From the NCBI GenBank assembly GCA_965219445.1, contig CBDCNQ010000002.1, positions 736,001-800,000 of the forward strand: a stretch of 64,000 nucleotides of DNA, given 5' to 3'. The DNA is from Longimicrobiales bacterium. GTDB taxonomy: Bacteria; Gemmatimonadota; Gemmatimonadetes; Longimicrobiales; Gaopeijiaceae. The translations under genes were made by a program, and so were the position numbers. This document shows positions 1 through 9,779 of the stretch, one piece after another (the first letter of the stretch is position 1; each line of letters starts with the position of its first letter). Under the pieces are notes generated by a model that worked only from the letters and a program-made list of their open reading frames with translations, was not told the origin of the DNA and ran no database searches.

Positions 1-1
1 T

Positions 2-397
2 CCACGCCGACGGCCGAGCACCTTCGCCTTCATGGTCGCCGTGACCCTGTGTTGGTCCTGTCGTGGTGGTACCACTGAGGTGGCCGAAGATACGGCTGGG
101 CGAGAGGCGTTCATCGGAGCCTACCTGGACCTGCGCACCGCCGCTCTGCTTTCGGGAACAACGGACCTCGGGGATGAAGTTCGCGACAGCATTCTGGCGG
201 CACATGACGTCACCGGGCAGGATCTGATCGACTTCATCGATTTGCATGGAGAGGATATCGAGTTCATGCGGGACCTCTGGACCGAGCTCGAGGCGGGCAT
301 GGCCGAGCGTTTCGAAGCAAACGCCCCCGAGGAGGACGACGAGGCGACCGACGGAGCCGAAGAGATCGAAGATGGGGATGCCGGAGTTTCGCCGTAG
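2..397 (+). CDS. Hypothetical exported/lipoprotein-like protein, probably 5'-truncated by the window
   Basis: Frame is open from base 2 (PRRRPSTFAFMVAVTLCWSC: basic, hydrophobic, Cys); helical body and acidic tail; stop at 395-397 converges on guaA. Confidence 0.65.
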   Translation, partial: PRRRPSTFAFMVAVTLCWSCRGGTTEVAEDTAGREAFIGAYLDLRTAALLSGTTDLGDEVRDSILAAHDVTGQDLIDFIDLHGEDIEFMRDLWTELEAGMAERFEANAPEEDDEATDGAEEIEDGDAGVSP

Positions 398-400
398 CCC

Positions 401-1945
401 CTACTCCCACTCGATGGTTGCGGGCGGCTTGGACGACACGTCGTAACACACGCGGTTCACACCCTCGACTTCATTTCCGATCCGGGATGAAATCCGCCCG
501 AGAACCTCATCCGGGAACGGATACCAGTCCGCCGTCATCCCGTCCCGGGAGGTCACCGCGCGGAGAGCGATCACGTTCTCATACGTGCGATTGTCCCCCA
601 TCACCCCCACCGCCTGGACGGGGAGAAGGACTGCGAAGGCTTGCCAGATCTCGTCATATATTCCCGCCGATTTGATCTCATCGAGATAGATCTCGTCGGC
701 CTCTCGGAGCACGTCGAGTCGCTCCTTGGTCACGGATCCAAGTACTCGGATGCCCAGCCCGGGGCCGGGGAACGGGTGCCGGCGTATGAACTCCTCCGGC
801 AGGCCGAGCTCCCGACCTACCTGGCGGACTTCGTCCTTGAAGAGTTCGCGAAGCGGCTCGATGAGCTCGAACGGCAGATCTTCCGGAAGGCCGCCGACAT
901 TGTGATGGGTCTTGATGGTCTCCGACGGCCCCCCCGTCGAAAGGGACTCGATCACGTCCGGGTAGAGCGTTCCCTGCACCAGGTGACCCGCTCCGGTGCC
1001 CTCCTCCGCGGCGACCCGAGTGAACACATCGATGAACACATGACCGATGCGCCTACGCTTCTCTTCAGGGTCTTCGACGCCCTCGAGCGCCGCGAGGAAC
1101 TCGTCCGCCGCGTCGATGGCCACGAGACGGACCCCCATGTGCTTACGGAACGTTCGCTCGACGTCCTCCCGCTCGTGTTTTCGAAGGAGCCCGTTGTCGA
1201 CGAAGATGCACGTCAGCCGGTCTCCGATCGCCCGGTGAACCAGGGCAGCGGCCACGGAGGAGTCGACACCACCCGACAGCCCGCAGATAGCCGATTCGTC
1301 GCCCACCGTGGATCGAATTTCCTCTACCGACTCCACTATGAAAGCGCCCGCGGTCCAGGTGGGGCGGCACCCGCAGATGCGGATCAGGAAATTCGAAATG
1401 ATCTCCTCGCCTCGGACCGTATGTGCCACCTCGGGATGGAACTGAACCCCGAAGACGGGGCGCTCCACATGCCGAAACGCCGCCACCGGCAGAGTCGCGG
1501 TCGAGGCCAGAGCACGATAGTCCTCGGGTGCTTGATCGACGTGATCGGCGTGCGAGCACCACACCTGCGTGGGGTCATCCGGAAGAAATCCGTGGAACAG
1601 GTCCCCCGGCTCGATCACGTTCAGTTCGGCACGGCCGTACTCCCGGCGTCCGACGGCAACCTCACTGCCCTCCAGCTGCGCGATCATTTGCATCCCGTAA
1701 CAGATCCCCAAAATCGGAACACCCAAGTGGAGAAGCTCGGGGTCCGTCGTGGGGACGCCCTCGTCGTAGACCGAGGCCGGGCCGCCCGACAGGATGATTC
1801 CCTTGGGAGACCACTCCCGAATCCAGTCCAGGGATCGAGTCGGGGGGTGGATCTCGGAATACACCCGCTCCTCGCGGATGCGACGGGCGATGAGTTGTGT
1901 GTATTGGGAGCCGAAATCGAGTATGAGGATGCGATCGTGCCTCAC
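401..1945 (-). CDS. guaA: GMP synthase (glutamine-hydrolyzing)
   Basis: [35 protein letters not shown]-terminal [10 protein letters not shown]. Confidence 0.99.
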   Translation of the reverse strand: MRHDRILILDFGSQYTQLIARRIREERVYSEIHPPTRSLDWIREWSPKGIILSGGPASVYDEGVPTTDPELLHLGVPILGICYGMQMIAQLEGSEVAVGRREYGRAELNVIEPGDLFHGFLPDDPTQVWCSHADHVDQAPEDYRALASTATLPVAAFRHVERPVFGVQFHPEVAHTVRGEEIISNFLIRICGCRPTWTAGAFIVESVEEIRSTVGDESAICGLSGGVDSSVAAALVHRAIGDRLTCIFVDNGLLRKHEREDVERTFRKHMGVRLVAIDAADEFLAALEGVEDPEEKRRRIGHVFIDVFTRVAAEEGTGAGHLVQGTLYPDVIESLSTGGPSETIKTHHNVGGLPEDLPFELIEPLRELFKDEVRQVGRELGLPEEFIRRHPFPGPGLGIRVLGSVTKERLDVLREADEIYLDEIKSAGIYDEIWQAFAVLLPVQAVGVMGDNRTYENVIALRAVTSRDGMTADWYPFPDEVLGRISSRIGNEVEGVNRVCYDVSSKPPATIEWE

Positions 1946-3198
1946 GCCGTCTCCCCCCGGAGCAAATCGTCGAAACTCTCGCGGCGGCGAGCCAGCGTAA
2001 CCTCGGCACCGTCCACCACGACCTCGGCGGGCCTTGGCCGAGCGTTGTAGTTGGACGCCATCACGAAGCCATACGCACCTACTGTATGCACGGCAAGAAG
2101 GTCATGGTGAGCCGGCATCGGAAGCATCCGGTCCCGTGCGAGGAAATCGCCGGTCTCGCAGATCGGACCGACGACGTCCACGACTTCGTGGGACGCACCT
2201 TCGCGCGAGACCACCGGCTCGATCCGATGAAATCCTTGGTAGTGGCTCGGACGTATGAGGTCCGTCATTCCACAGTCCGTGATCACGAACGTCTTCGGCC
2301 CCGAGTGCTTCACGTAAAGCACCTCGGTTACGAGGATTCCCGCCTCGCCTATGATGAACCGTCCGGGCTCCAAGATCAGGCGCAACCCCGTCTCGGCCAC
2401 CCGCGGTAAGACCATGGCCGCCAGGTCCTCGACGGACAGGCCGTCATCGTCCTCGTAACCGACGCCAAACCCACCGCCGAGATCCAAGAAATGGAGATCG
2501 ATGCCCTCCGCACGCACCTGCTCCGCCAGGTTCAAAACCTCGTTGAGTGCCCTTTCGTAGGGCGCCGACTCGAGGATCTGAGAGCCGATGTGGACGTCGA
2601 TCCCCCGGATCTCGAGCGTGGGTTGGTCGGCAGCCCAGCGATATAGGTCCAGGACGCGATCCACGGGGATCCCGAACTTGGTGGCACCGTGCCCGGTGCG
2701 AGTGTACTCGTGAGGGGTATCCGCCACGATGTCCGGATTGACCCGAAGCGACACCGGCGCAGGTTTGCCCACCCGCGCCGCCACCTGGCCGAGCGCCTCG
2801 AGCTCCTCTGCACTCTCGACGTTGAACGCGAGGATCCCAACGTCCAGTGCGGCCTCCATCTCCGCCTCGGTCTTTCCCACTCCGGCGAACACCAGATCCT
2901 TCCCGGAAAACCCTGCGGCAAGGCACCGGTGGAGCTCACCCTGGCTGACGATATCCGCCCCCGCACCGAGGGCCCTGAGTCGCCTGAGAATTTCCAGATT
3001 GGAGTTGGCCTTGACCGAGTAAGCGAGCAGAAGGTCCACTCCCGCAAAAGCCGCCTCGATCCGCCTATAGGCGGCCTCCATCACTCCGACGTCGTATACG
3101 TACAAGGGCGAACCGAACTCGGCGACCAAATCGGCAACCCTACGCTCGCCGGCCCACAACTCGCCGTCGATACGCGGAAAGGGCTGCGTCACGGCCAT
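1942..3198 (-). CDS. lysA: Diaminopimelate decarboxylase
   Basis: YSVKAN (PLP lysine), [33 protein letters not shown]; start moved to ATG 3198 to avoid overlap with proS. Confidence 0.97.
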   Translation of the reverse strand: MAVTQPFPRIDGELWAGERRVADLVAEFGSPLYVYDVGVMEAAYRRIEAAFAGVDLLLAYSVKANSNLEILRRLRALGAGADIVSQGELHRCLAAGFSGKDLVFAGVGKTEAEMEAALDVGILAFNVESAEELEALGQVAARVGKPAPVSLRVNPDIVADTPHEYTRTGHGATKFGIPVDRVLDLYRWAADQPTLEIRGIDVHIGSQILESAPYERALNEVLNLAEQVRAEGIDLHFLDLGGGFGVGYEDDDGLSVEDLAAMVLPRVAETGLRLILEPGRFIIGEAGILVTEVLYVKHSGPKTFVITDCGMTDLIRPSHYQGFHRIEPVVSREGASHEVVDVVGPICETGDFLARDRMLPMPAHHDLLAVHTVGAYGFVMASNYNARPRPAEVVVDGAEVTLARRRESFDDLLRGETA

Positions 3199-3214
3199 GC
3201 GGTACTGCTCGGCG

Positions 3215-4675
3215 TCAATACGCTCTTGCCCACACGACCTCCATGGTGGCGTCCCCGTCGCCCCCGATGCACCTCGAGGGCGCCTCTGCGGATCGAAACT
3301 CTTCTCCCGGGATGCATCGGAGTGTGGCCTTCGTTTCTTCCTTGACGCGTTCCTCGACGGCGGGGTCTCCGCTCCACCCCGTGTAAACGTAACCACCGGA
3401 GGCATCCATGATCTCGGCGAGCTCGCCCATGCTCTCCACGCCGCGATGGGAATTGTCCTCCCGACGGGCTTTCGCGGCCTCCAGGAGCTGCGCCTGAAAG
3501 TTGTCGAGCCGCTCCGGAATCGTCGCAAGCGCCTCAGCCTCCGGTAAGAACTCCTTCCGGGGATCATCCTCCGCGCTCACGCGCTTTGCCAGAACCACCT
3601 GCTCCTGCTCCATGTCCCTCGGCCCGATCTCCATCCGGAGGGGGACGCCCTTTCGCTCCCATTCGTAGTACTTGCTACCCGGATTCAAGTGCTCCCGGGC
3701 GTCGACCTTGGCGCGCACACCTCGATCCGCCAAGGCAGTCCGAAGAGCCTCTGCCTTCTCGAGGACGGGAGCGACATCGTCACCCTTGAGGATCGGCACG
3801 ACCACCACCTGGATCGGCGCCAGTTTGGGGGGCAGCACAAGCCCGGAGTCGTCGCCGTGCGTCATTACCAGACCCCCCACCAGGCGCGTGGATACGCCCC
3901 ACGACGTGTTCCAGCCGTGCTCCTCCTTGCCCTCTTCGGATTGGAAGGTGAGTGCAAACTGCTTGGAGAAGTTCTGGCCGAGGAAGTGTGACGTACCGGC
4001 CTGGAGCGCCTTATTGTCCTGCATCATGGCTTCACAGGAGTAACTGCGAACCGCACCGGCGAACTTCTCGGCATCGGACTTGAGACCGGTGACCGGCGGC
4101 ATGGCCATCCACTCCTCCATGAACGTCCGGTATACACCCAGCATCCGCAGCGTGTGCTCCTCCGCATCGTCTGCCGTGGCGTGTACCGTATGACCTTCCT
4201 GCCAAAGGAACTCGGACGTGCGAAGGAACAGACGTGTGCGTAGCTCCCAGCGCATCACGTTCGCCCACTGATTCAGGAGCAACGGGAGATCGCGGTAGCT
4301 CTGGATCCACTTCCCGTACATCGACATGATGACCGTCTCGGAAGTGGGTCGCACCACCAGCGGCTCCTCGAGCTCTTTTCCACCGGCATGCGTTACGACC
4401 GCCAACTCCGGCTTGAACCCCTCGATATGCTCCTTCTCCTTCTCGATGAAGCTCATCGGTATCAGGAGTGGGAAGTACGCGTTCTCATGCCCTGTGGCCT
4501 TGAACATGTCGTCCAGGGCTCGCTGCATGTTTTCCCAGATCGAGTAACCCCACGGGCGGATGACCATGCACCCCTTGACCGGGGCGTAATCGGCGAGTTC
4601 CGACCGGAGCACCAACTGGTTGTACCACGCCGCGAAGTCCTCGCCGCGGGGCGTCAGCTTCTTATCGTCCGCCAT
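3215..4675 (-). CDS. proS: Proline--tRNA ligase, archaeal/eukaryote-like type without INS editing domain
   Basis: VRPTSET, LNQWANV.RWE, FLRTSEFLWQEGHT, QAGTSHFLGQNF, SWGVSTR, terminal ARAY; start ATG 4675 (MADDKK). Confidence 0.98.
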   Translation of the reverse strand: MADDKKLTPRGEDFAAWYNQLVLRSELADYAPVKGCMVIRPWGYSIWENMQRALDDMFKATGHENAYFPLLIPMSFIEKEKEHIEGFKPELAVVTHAGGKELEEPLVVRPTSETVIMSMYGKWIQSYRDLPLLLNQWANVMRWELRTRLFLRTSEFLWQEGHTVHATADDAEEHTLRMLGVYRTFMEEWMAMPPVTGLKSDAEKFAGAVRSYSCEAMMQDNKALQAGTSHFLGQNFSKQFALTFQSEEGKEEHGWNTSWGVSTRLVGGLVMTHGDDSGLVLPPKLAPIQVVVVPILKGDDVAPVLEKAEALRTALADRGVRAKVDAREHLNPGSKYYEWERKGVPLRMEIGPRDMEQEQVVLAKRVSAEDDPRKEFLPEAEALATIPERLDNFQAQLLEAAKARREDNSHRGVESMGELAEIMDASGGYVYTGWSGDPAVEERVKEETKATLRCIPGEEFRSAEAPSRCIGGDGDATMEVVWARAY

Positions 4676-4985
4676 CGTCGCTCTGTTCAGTGATAACGTG
4701 GGTCGGGGCGTTATCGGCGGTTCCATTGGTGCCGCGGGAACCAGAGCGGCGCTCCCGCCTCAGCACGACCCAACCGGGCACAGTGAAGAACAGGAGTGAC
4801 GAAATAGCCCACGTGGGCCTGAACGGGGCACCGGTCAAACTCTCGACCATCCACGCCGCGAGCGCCCCAGCAAGCAGCGCGAGCGCCATCGCAACACCCA
4901 GGATCACATACTCCAAGACGTTCAATCGGCGGATGGCCACCACCATCATCCGCCTCGTCTCGGGATGTTCGTCGCCGCTGGTCAT
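4662..4985 (-). CDS. Small two-TM membrane protein of unknown function
   Basis: ATG overlaps the hisS stop (ATGA); two hydrophobic segments; fills the hisS-proS gap. Confidence 0.75.
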   Translation of the reverse strand: MTSGDEHPETRRMMVVAIRRLNVLEYVILGVAMALALLAGALAAWMVESLTGAPFRPTWAISSLLFFTVPGWVVLRRERRSGSRGTNGTADNAPTHVITEQSDDGGR

Positions 4986-6265
4986 TGAAGCTCCCTCAGC
5001 GGGACCTCTCGCTCCGCGCCCGAGGCCATGTCCCTCAGGACTGCACATTCTCGAGCGACTTCGTCCGGTCCCAGCACGATTACTTCGCGAGCACCTGCAT
5101 TGCCCGCCGCCGTGAACTGCTTCCGAACCGGCTGCTCGTGAAGCGAGTACTGGACGCCGGCTCCTCGATCACGCTGCGCATGCGCGATGCCATAGGCGAG
5201 CTCGCGGTGCTCTTCTCCGATGATCACGATGAAGTAGTCCAGTTCCGGCGCCACCACGGGTGCAAGATCCCGGTCACGGAGCAGCTCGCCGAGCACGACA
5301 TCGCCCATCCCGAAACCCACGGCGGGAAGGGGGTCACCTCCGACCAACTCGAGCAAACGATCGTATCGCCCACCCCCGCAGATCGCTCTTGACTCTCCCC
5401 TGCGGTCGAAGATTTCGAACACGATTCCGGTGTAATATGCCAAGCCCCGGACAATGCGAAGGTCGAACTCGATAAAGGGCCCAAGCCCCATGGCCGTCAA
5501 CCCACCGAAGTACTCCTCCATACGGTCCAGCTCGGCGGCGACTGCTTCGAGATCGCCAAACTCCGCTTTGATGCCGTCGACACCGCCCTCGTTGAGCAGC
5601 TCGAACGTGGACTGCGCACGGGCTTCGTCCAGGCCCACCTCCACCTGAAGGCGATCCAGAGAGTGGTCCGCACGCGTCCGCTCGATTTTGTCGATGATCG
5701 TGAAAGCCGCCGGAAGCCGCTCCGCCTCGACGCCAATCGCCGACAAGACCTCGGCTAGAAGCCGCCGATCCGAGACCCGGGCGTGCACGTCTTCATGATC
5801 GAGCCCGAGGTCGCGGAGACCGTCGAGGGCCACCGCAACCACCTCGACATCCGCCCCGACACCGTCCTCGCCGATCACATCCACATTCCACTGAAAGTGT
5901 TCCCGGAGACGCCCCTTCTGCTGGCGCTCGTAGCGAAACAGCTGGGGGACCGAAAACCATCGAATCGGCTTTGCCATCGACCGATGGCGCTCGCCGAGGA
6001 TCCTGGCCAGGGAAGGCGTCATCTCCGGCCTCAGGGCGACGTCACGATCACCCTTGTCCTGGAAATGATAGAGTTGGCCGACAATCTCCTCGCCACTCTT
6101 TTCCACGTACAGATCGAGAAGCTCGAGCGGTGGGCCGTCGTATTCCCGAAATCCATAACGGGCCGAGACGCGGCGCCAGGCGCCCAAAATATGCTCACGG
6201 AACGCCAGCTCCTCGGGAAGGAAATCCCGAAATCCCGGAAGCCGGGCGAAGGTCTGCTTGGACAT
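4982..6265 (-). CDS. hisS: Histidine--tRNA ligase
   Basis: LRPEMT, FRYER.QKGRLREHFQ, VRGLAYYTG, GGGRYD, C-terminal anticodon domain. Confidence 0.98.
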   Translation of the reverse strand: MSKQTFARLPGFRDFLPEELAFREHILGAWRRVSARYGFREYDGPPLELLDLYVEKSGEEIVGQLYHFQDKGDRDVALRPEMTPSLARILGERHRSMAKPIRWFSVPQLFRYERQQKGRLREHFQWNVDVIGEDGVGADVEVVAVALDGLRDLGLDHEDVHARVSDRRLLAEVLSAIGVEAERLPAAFTIIDKIERTRADHSLDRLQVEVGLDEARAQSTFELLNEGGVDGIKAEFGDLEAVAAELDRMEEYFGGLTAMGLGPFIEFDLRIVRGLAYYTGIVFEIFDRRGESRAICGGGRYDRLLELVGGDPLPAVGFGMGDVVLGELLRDRDLAPVVAPELDYFIVIIGEEHRELAYGIAHAQRDRGAGVQYSLHEQPVRKQFTAAGNAGAREVIVLGPDEVARECAVLRDMASGAEREVPLRELQ

Positions 6266-6333
6266 GCGGGCGAATCTAAACCTACGGTCGGGAAAGTACA
6301 GTGGAAGCGAACCCGTCTAGCGCGGAAAGGCCC

Positions 6334-7677
6334 CTACGGAAGCTCCAGTCCGAGCCCCCTCAATGCGTCCCCTACCGTATGGGCCGAGCCGGTCACGACG
6401 ATCGTGCCCGAGCCCGCGAGTTCACGAGCCCGATCGAGAGCGTCGTCGAAGTCCGTGTGGATCTCCGCGATCTCCGACCCAGTTTCCGTCGCTGCCACGT
6501 GGGGGTCCCATCTGCGCGCCAACGGCGCGGAGGGTGCTTGAGTGAGGACTGCGTGGTCCACTCTCTCGAACAGAGGCGGCAGCATCTCACCCCAGTCCTT
6601 GTCGCCAAGCACAGCGGTAAGAACCACGATCGGACGCTGAAGCTCCAGCCGCACCAATACCGAGGCGAGCGCCACGGCACCGGCCGTATTGTGGGCGATG
6701 TCGAACACCCACGTCCTTCCTTCGAGGTGCTCCACTTGGACTCGGCCGGGCCAGTGCACCAGCGATATCCCCTCTTCGAGCGCGGCTCGGTCGGGGCGGA
6801 AGCGCCGCGGCATTCGCTCAAGCAGCGCCACGGCCAACGCCCCATTCACGGCCTGATGCTCACCGAGTAGTGGCGTCTGGATCTGGAGTCCACCCCACTC
6901 TGCCGTCGACACGTCGAAGGACGTGTAATCCTCCCTAATGTCGACCGACATCTCTTCGAGGTCGGACCGGACGTAAATAAACGGGGCCCCCAGGGATTCG
7001 CACGTGGCGGAGAGCACGGCCCGAATACGGTCGTCCGGCTCAGCCGTGAGCAGGGGCACACCACTCTTGATGATGCCCGCTTTTTCCGAGGCGATCTCGC
7101 TCAGAGTCGAGCCAAGATAATCACAGTGATCCAGATCCACGTTGGTGATCGCGGTGAGGAACGGAGTCACCACATTGGTCGCATCGAGCCGGCCACCCAA
7201 CCCGACTTCGATGACGGACACATCGACCCCCCTTCTCTGAAACAGATGAAGGGCGAGGCCTGTCGCAACCTCGAAAAACGTCAGGGAGTGACGCCTGATT
7301 TCCGGATCGAGTTCCCGAACCAAAGCGCGAATCTCATCCTCATCGACCGGATCCCCACTGATCTGAAACCGTTCCCGAAAGAAGCAGAGGTGAGGTGACG
7401 TGTAGAGCCCGGTCCTGTGGCCCGCGCGGTTCAACACCGATGCGACGGTCGAAGCAACCGACCCCTTCCCATTGGTCCCCCCGACGTGTACACAGGGAAT
7501 CCCGATGTGGGGATCCCCCGTGTCGCGAAGAAAGGCCTCCATCCGGGCTAGACCCCACTGGATGCCATGCGGTACGTGCGGGAAGAGCTCGTCCAGCAGC
7601 GGATCCCCGGACACCTTGGTCAACGGATGGGGCCGCTGGCCCGATAAGGACCCAGGGGTCCATTCAGGACCCGCCAT
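6334..7677 (-). CDS. folC: Bifunctional folylpolyglutamate/dihydrofolate synthase
   Basis: GTNGKGS, YTSPHL, EVGLGGRLDATN, EKAGIIK, WPGR, DIAHN; follows accD. Confidence 0.97.
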   Translation of the reverse strand: MAGPEWTPGSLSGQRPHPLTKVSGDPLLDELFPHVPHGIQWGLARMEAFLRDTGDPHIGIPCVHVGGTNGKGSVASTVASVLNRAGHRTGLYTSPHLCFFRERFQISGDPVDEDEIRALVRELDPEIRRHSLTFFEVATGLALHLFQRRGVDVSVIEVGLGGRLDATNVVTPFLTAITNVDLDHCDYLGSTLSEIASEKAGIIKSGVPLLTAEPDDRIRAVLSATCESLGAPFIYVRSDLEEMSVDIREDYTSFDVSTAEWGGLQIQTPLLGEHQAVNGALAVALLERMPRRFRPDRAALEEGISLVHWPGRVQVEHLEGRTWVFDIAHNTAGAVALASVLVRLELQRPIVVLTAVLGDKDWGEMLPPLFERVDHAVLTQAPSAPLARRWDPHVAATETGSEIAEIHTDFDDALDRARELAGSGTIVVTGSAHTVGDALRGLGLELP

Positions 7678-8516
7678 CAGGCGATCATATGGCGGAGAAG
7701 CACTCCAAGCGTCGTCCTCAACTCCCTTCGGTCCACCACACGATCGATCATCCCGTGCTGGAGCAGGAACTCCGAGCGCTGGAAGCTGTCAGGTAGCTCT
7801 TGGCGGATCGTCTCCGAGATCACGCGTGGACCCGCGAAACCAATCAGGGCGCCGGGCTCAGCGAGGTTGATGTCTCCAAGCATCGCGTGGGAGGCCGTGA
7901 CTCCCCCCGTGGTCGGATCAGTGATGACCGAGATGTAAGGCAAGCGCGCTTCGTGCAGGCGGGCGAGAGCGGTCGATGTCTTCGCCAATTGCATCAGCGA
8001 GTAGATGCCCTCCTGCATACGCGCGCCGCCGGAGGCGCTCACGACGCACAGTGGCTCCTTCCGCTCCACCGCGGTCCGTCCGGCGCGGGCGATCTTCTCC
8101 CCGACGGCGGAGCCCATCGACCCACCGACGAAGCGAAAGTCCAGCACCGCGAACGTCAGGCCAACGCCCTCGAGTGTGCCGGTGCCCGCGAGGACCGCGC
8201 TCTTCCGGCCCACTTTCGCCTCGGCCTCCTTCAGTCGTGCCGTGTATGGCTTGAGGTCCTGAAACCCGAGTGGATCCTCACTGTGCAAATCCTCGTCGAT
8301 TTCCTCGAAGGAGCCCTCGTCGAGCAGAATCTCCACATACCGCTCGGGGGACAGCCGAAAATGATGCCCGCAGCTAGGACACACCTGGAGATTCTGAGCG
8401 AGCTTCTCAGCGTACAAGATTTCGCCACAGCCCTGGCACTTGTCGAAGACATCGGGCGGCAGATCTCGCCGATCCTGCGCCTTGAGGGGCTGTTTGTCCT
8501 TACGAAACCAAGCCAT
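7677..8516 (-). CDS. accD: Acetyl-CoA carboxylase carboxyltransferase beta subunit
   Basis: CxxC..CxxC Zn finger, GGSMGS, SGGARMQEG, PTTGGV, GFAGPRVI. Confidence 0.98.
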   Translation of the reverse strand: MAWFRKDKQPLKAQDRRDLPPDVFDKCQGCGEILYAEKLAQNLQVCPSCGHHFRLSPERYVEILLDEGSFEEIDEDLHSEDPLGFQDLKPYTARLKEAEAKVGRKSAVLAGTGTLEGVGLTFAVLDFRFVGGSMGSAVGEKIARAGRTAVERKEPLCVVSASGGARMQEGIYSLMQLAKTSTALARLHEARLPYISVITDPTTGGVTASHAMLGDINLAEPGALIGFAGPRVISETIRQELPDSFQRSEFLLQHGMIDRVVDRRELRTTLGVLLRHMIA

Positions 8517-9755
8517 CTAATCCTCGCCGGCGAGTCTCACCGCCACGGCCACGGTGACCCAGGACATCAGGAGGAAAGTCCCGCCGTAACTGACGAAAGG
8601 AAGGGGAATACCGGTGACCGGAACCATGCCGACCGTCATGCCGATATTGACGAAAATGTGCACGAGCCAGGCTCCGAAGATACCGAAGGTCACGAGGCCT
8701 GCAAACGGATCGGATTCTCCCTCGGCCATCTTCACGAGCCGATAGAGGATGAACGCGAACAGGATCAGAGTGAGGACCGTCCCCATGTACCCCAGCTCCT
8801 CCCCGATGACGGAAAAAATGAAGTCCGTGTGTTGCTCAGGGAGAAAATCGAAGCGCTTCTGTGTCCCCGCCGTAAACCCTTTTCCGGTCGGTCCGCCACT
8901 ACCGATAGCCACCATCGACTGGACGACGTGGTAGCCAGCACCCCGCGGATCGACGCTCGGATCGAGAAACACCAGAATGCGATTCTGTTGATACTCGGCC
9001 AACGAATTCCAGAGCGGTGTGGAGATCGTGCCCGCCCCCAGATTCGCGAGAACGACCGAAAGCGATTCCACCAGGAAGAGACGGTTTCGGTAGAGGTACA
9101 AGGCCCCGACCAGGATCACGAAGAATGCCGCCCAGATTCGAGGATCGAAGCTGAGCACCAGGCCGATGCCCGGGGTGAGCAGCAATGCCATCAAACCGAT
9201 CGGCGTCCCGGCCCAAAACAGAGTCGCGAACAGAATTCCCACGAAGGCGAGAGCCGTGCCGAGATCGGGTTGCAGGATGACGAGCACGAGCGGTGCTCCC
9301 ACGATGGCGGCGGGAGCCACGAGGCCCCGGAGCGTCGTAGGATCTTCCGAGCGAGTCCCCAGATACCTCGCCAAAGCGAGGATGGTCGCGAGCTTGGCGA
9401 ATTCGGAGGGCTGAAAACGTATGAAGCCGAAATCGATGAAGCTCCTGACTCCCACGGCCGTTCCGGACCCAGTCCCGACGATGAGCGTGATCACGAGTAG
9501 CAGTACGCTCACGACGTATGCGGGCGTCGCAACCCACTCGAACCAACGGGCATGGATCTGGTGGATGATGAAGAACGAGACCAGCGCGATGGCCGCCCAT
9601 TGAGCCTGACGAATCCAGGCGCCCTCGGTGATCGGGCTCGGGATGTTCAGGACGCCCGCCGAATAGACCATGGCAACGCCGAAGGCCGTCATCAGGAGGA
9701 CACCGAGAAACAGGGCCGGATCGCCCACCCAGTGCTTGAAAAGGTTACCGATCAT
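8517..9755 (-). CDS. rodA: Rod shape-determining SEDS protein RodA
   Basis: QPSEFAK, QPDLGT, LPEQHTDFIF, GIPLPFVSYGG; multi-TM; follows PBP2. Confidence 0.97.
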   Translation of the reverse strand: MIGNLFKHWVGDPALFLGVLLMTAFGVAMVYSAGVLNIPSPITEGAWIRQAQWAAIALVSFFIIHQIHARWFEWVATPAYVVSVLLLVITLIVGTGSGTAVGVRSFIDFGFIRFQPSEFAKLATILALARYLGTRSEDPTTLRGLVAPAAIVGAPLVLVILQPDLGTALAFVGILFATLFWAGTPIGLMALLLTPGIGLVLSFDPRIWAAFFVILVGALYLYRNRLFLVESLSVVLANLGAGTISTPLWNSLAEYQQNRILVFLDPSVDPRGAGYHVVQSMVAIGSGGPTGKGFTAGTQKRFDFLPEQHTDFIFSVIGEELGYMGTVLTLILFAFILYRLVKMAEGESDPFAGLVTFGIFGAWLVHIFVNIGMTVGMVPVTGIPLPFVSYGGTFLLMSWVTVAVAVRLAGED

Positions 9756-9779
9756 CGAAAGACGGTCCGCCCCAAAGGG

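Noticed and set aside
641..2050. 469-aa plus-strand ORF
   Set aside because: Antisense shadow of guaA; no motifs; expected in GC-rich DNA
3199..3567. N-terminal extension of LysA
   Set aside because: Overlaps the proS 3' end in another frame
7800..9500. 566-aa plus-strand ORF
   Set aside because: Antisense shadow of accD and rodA
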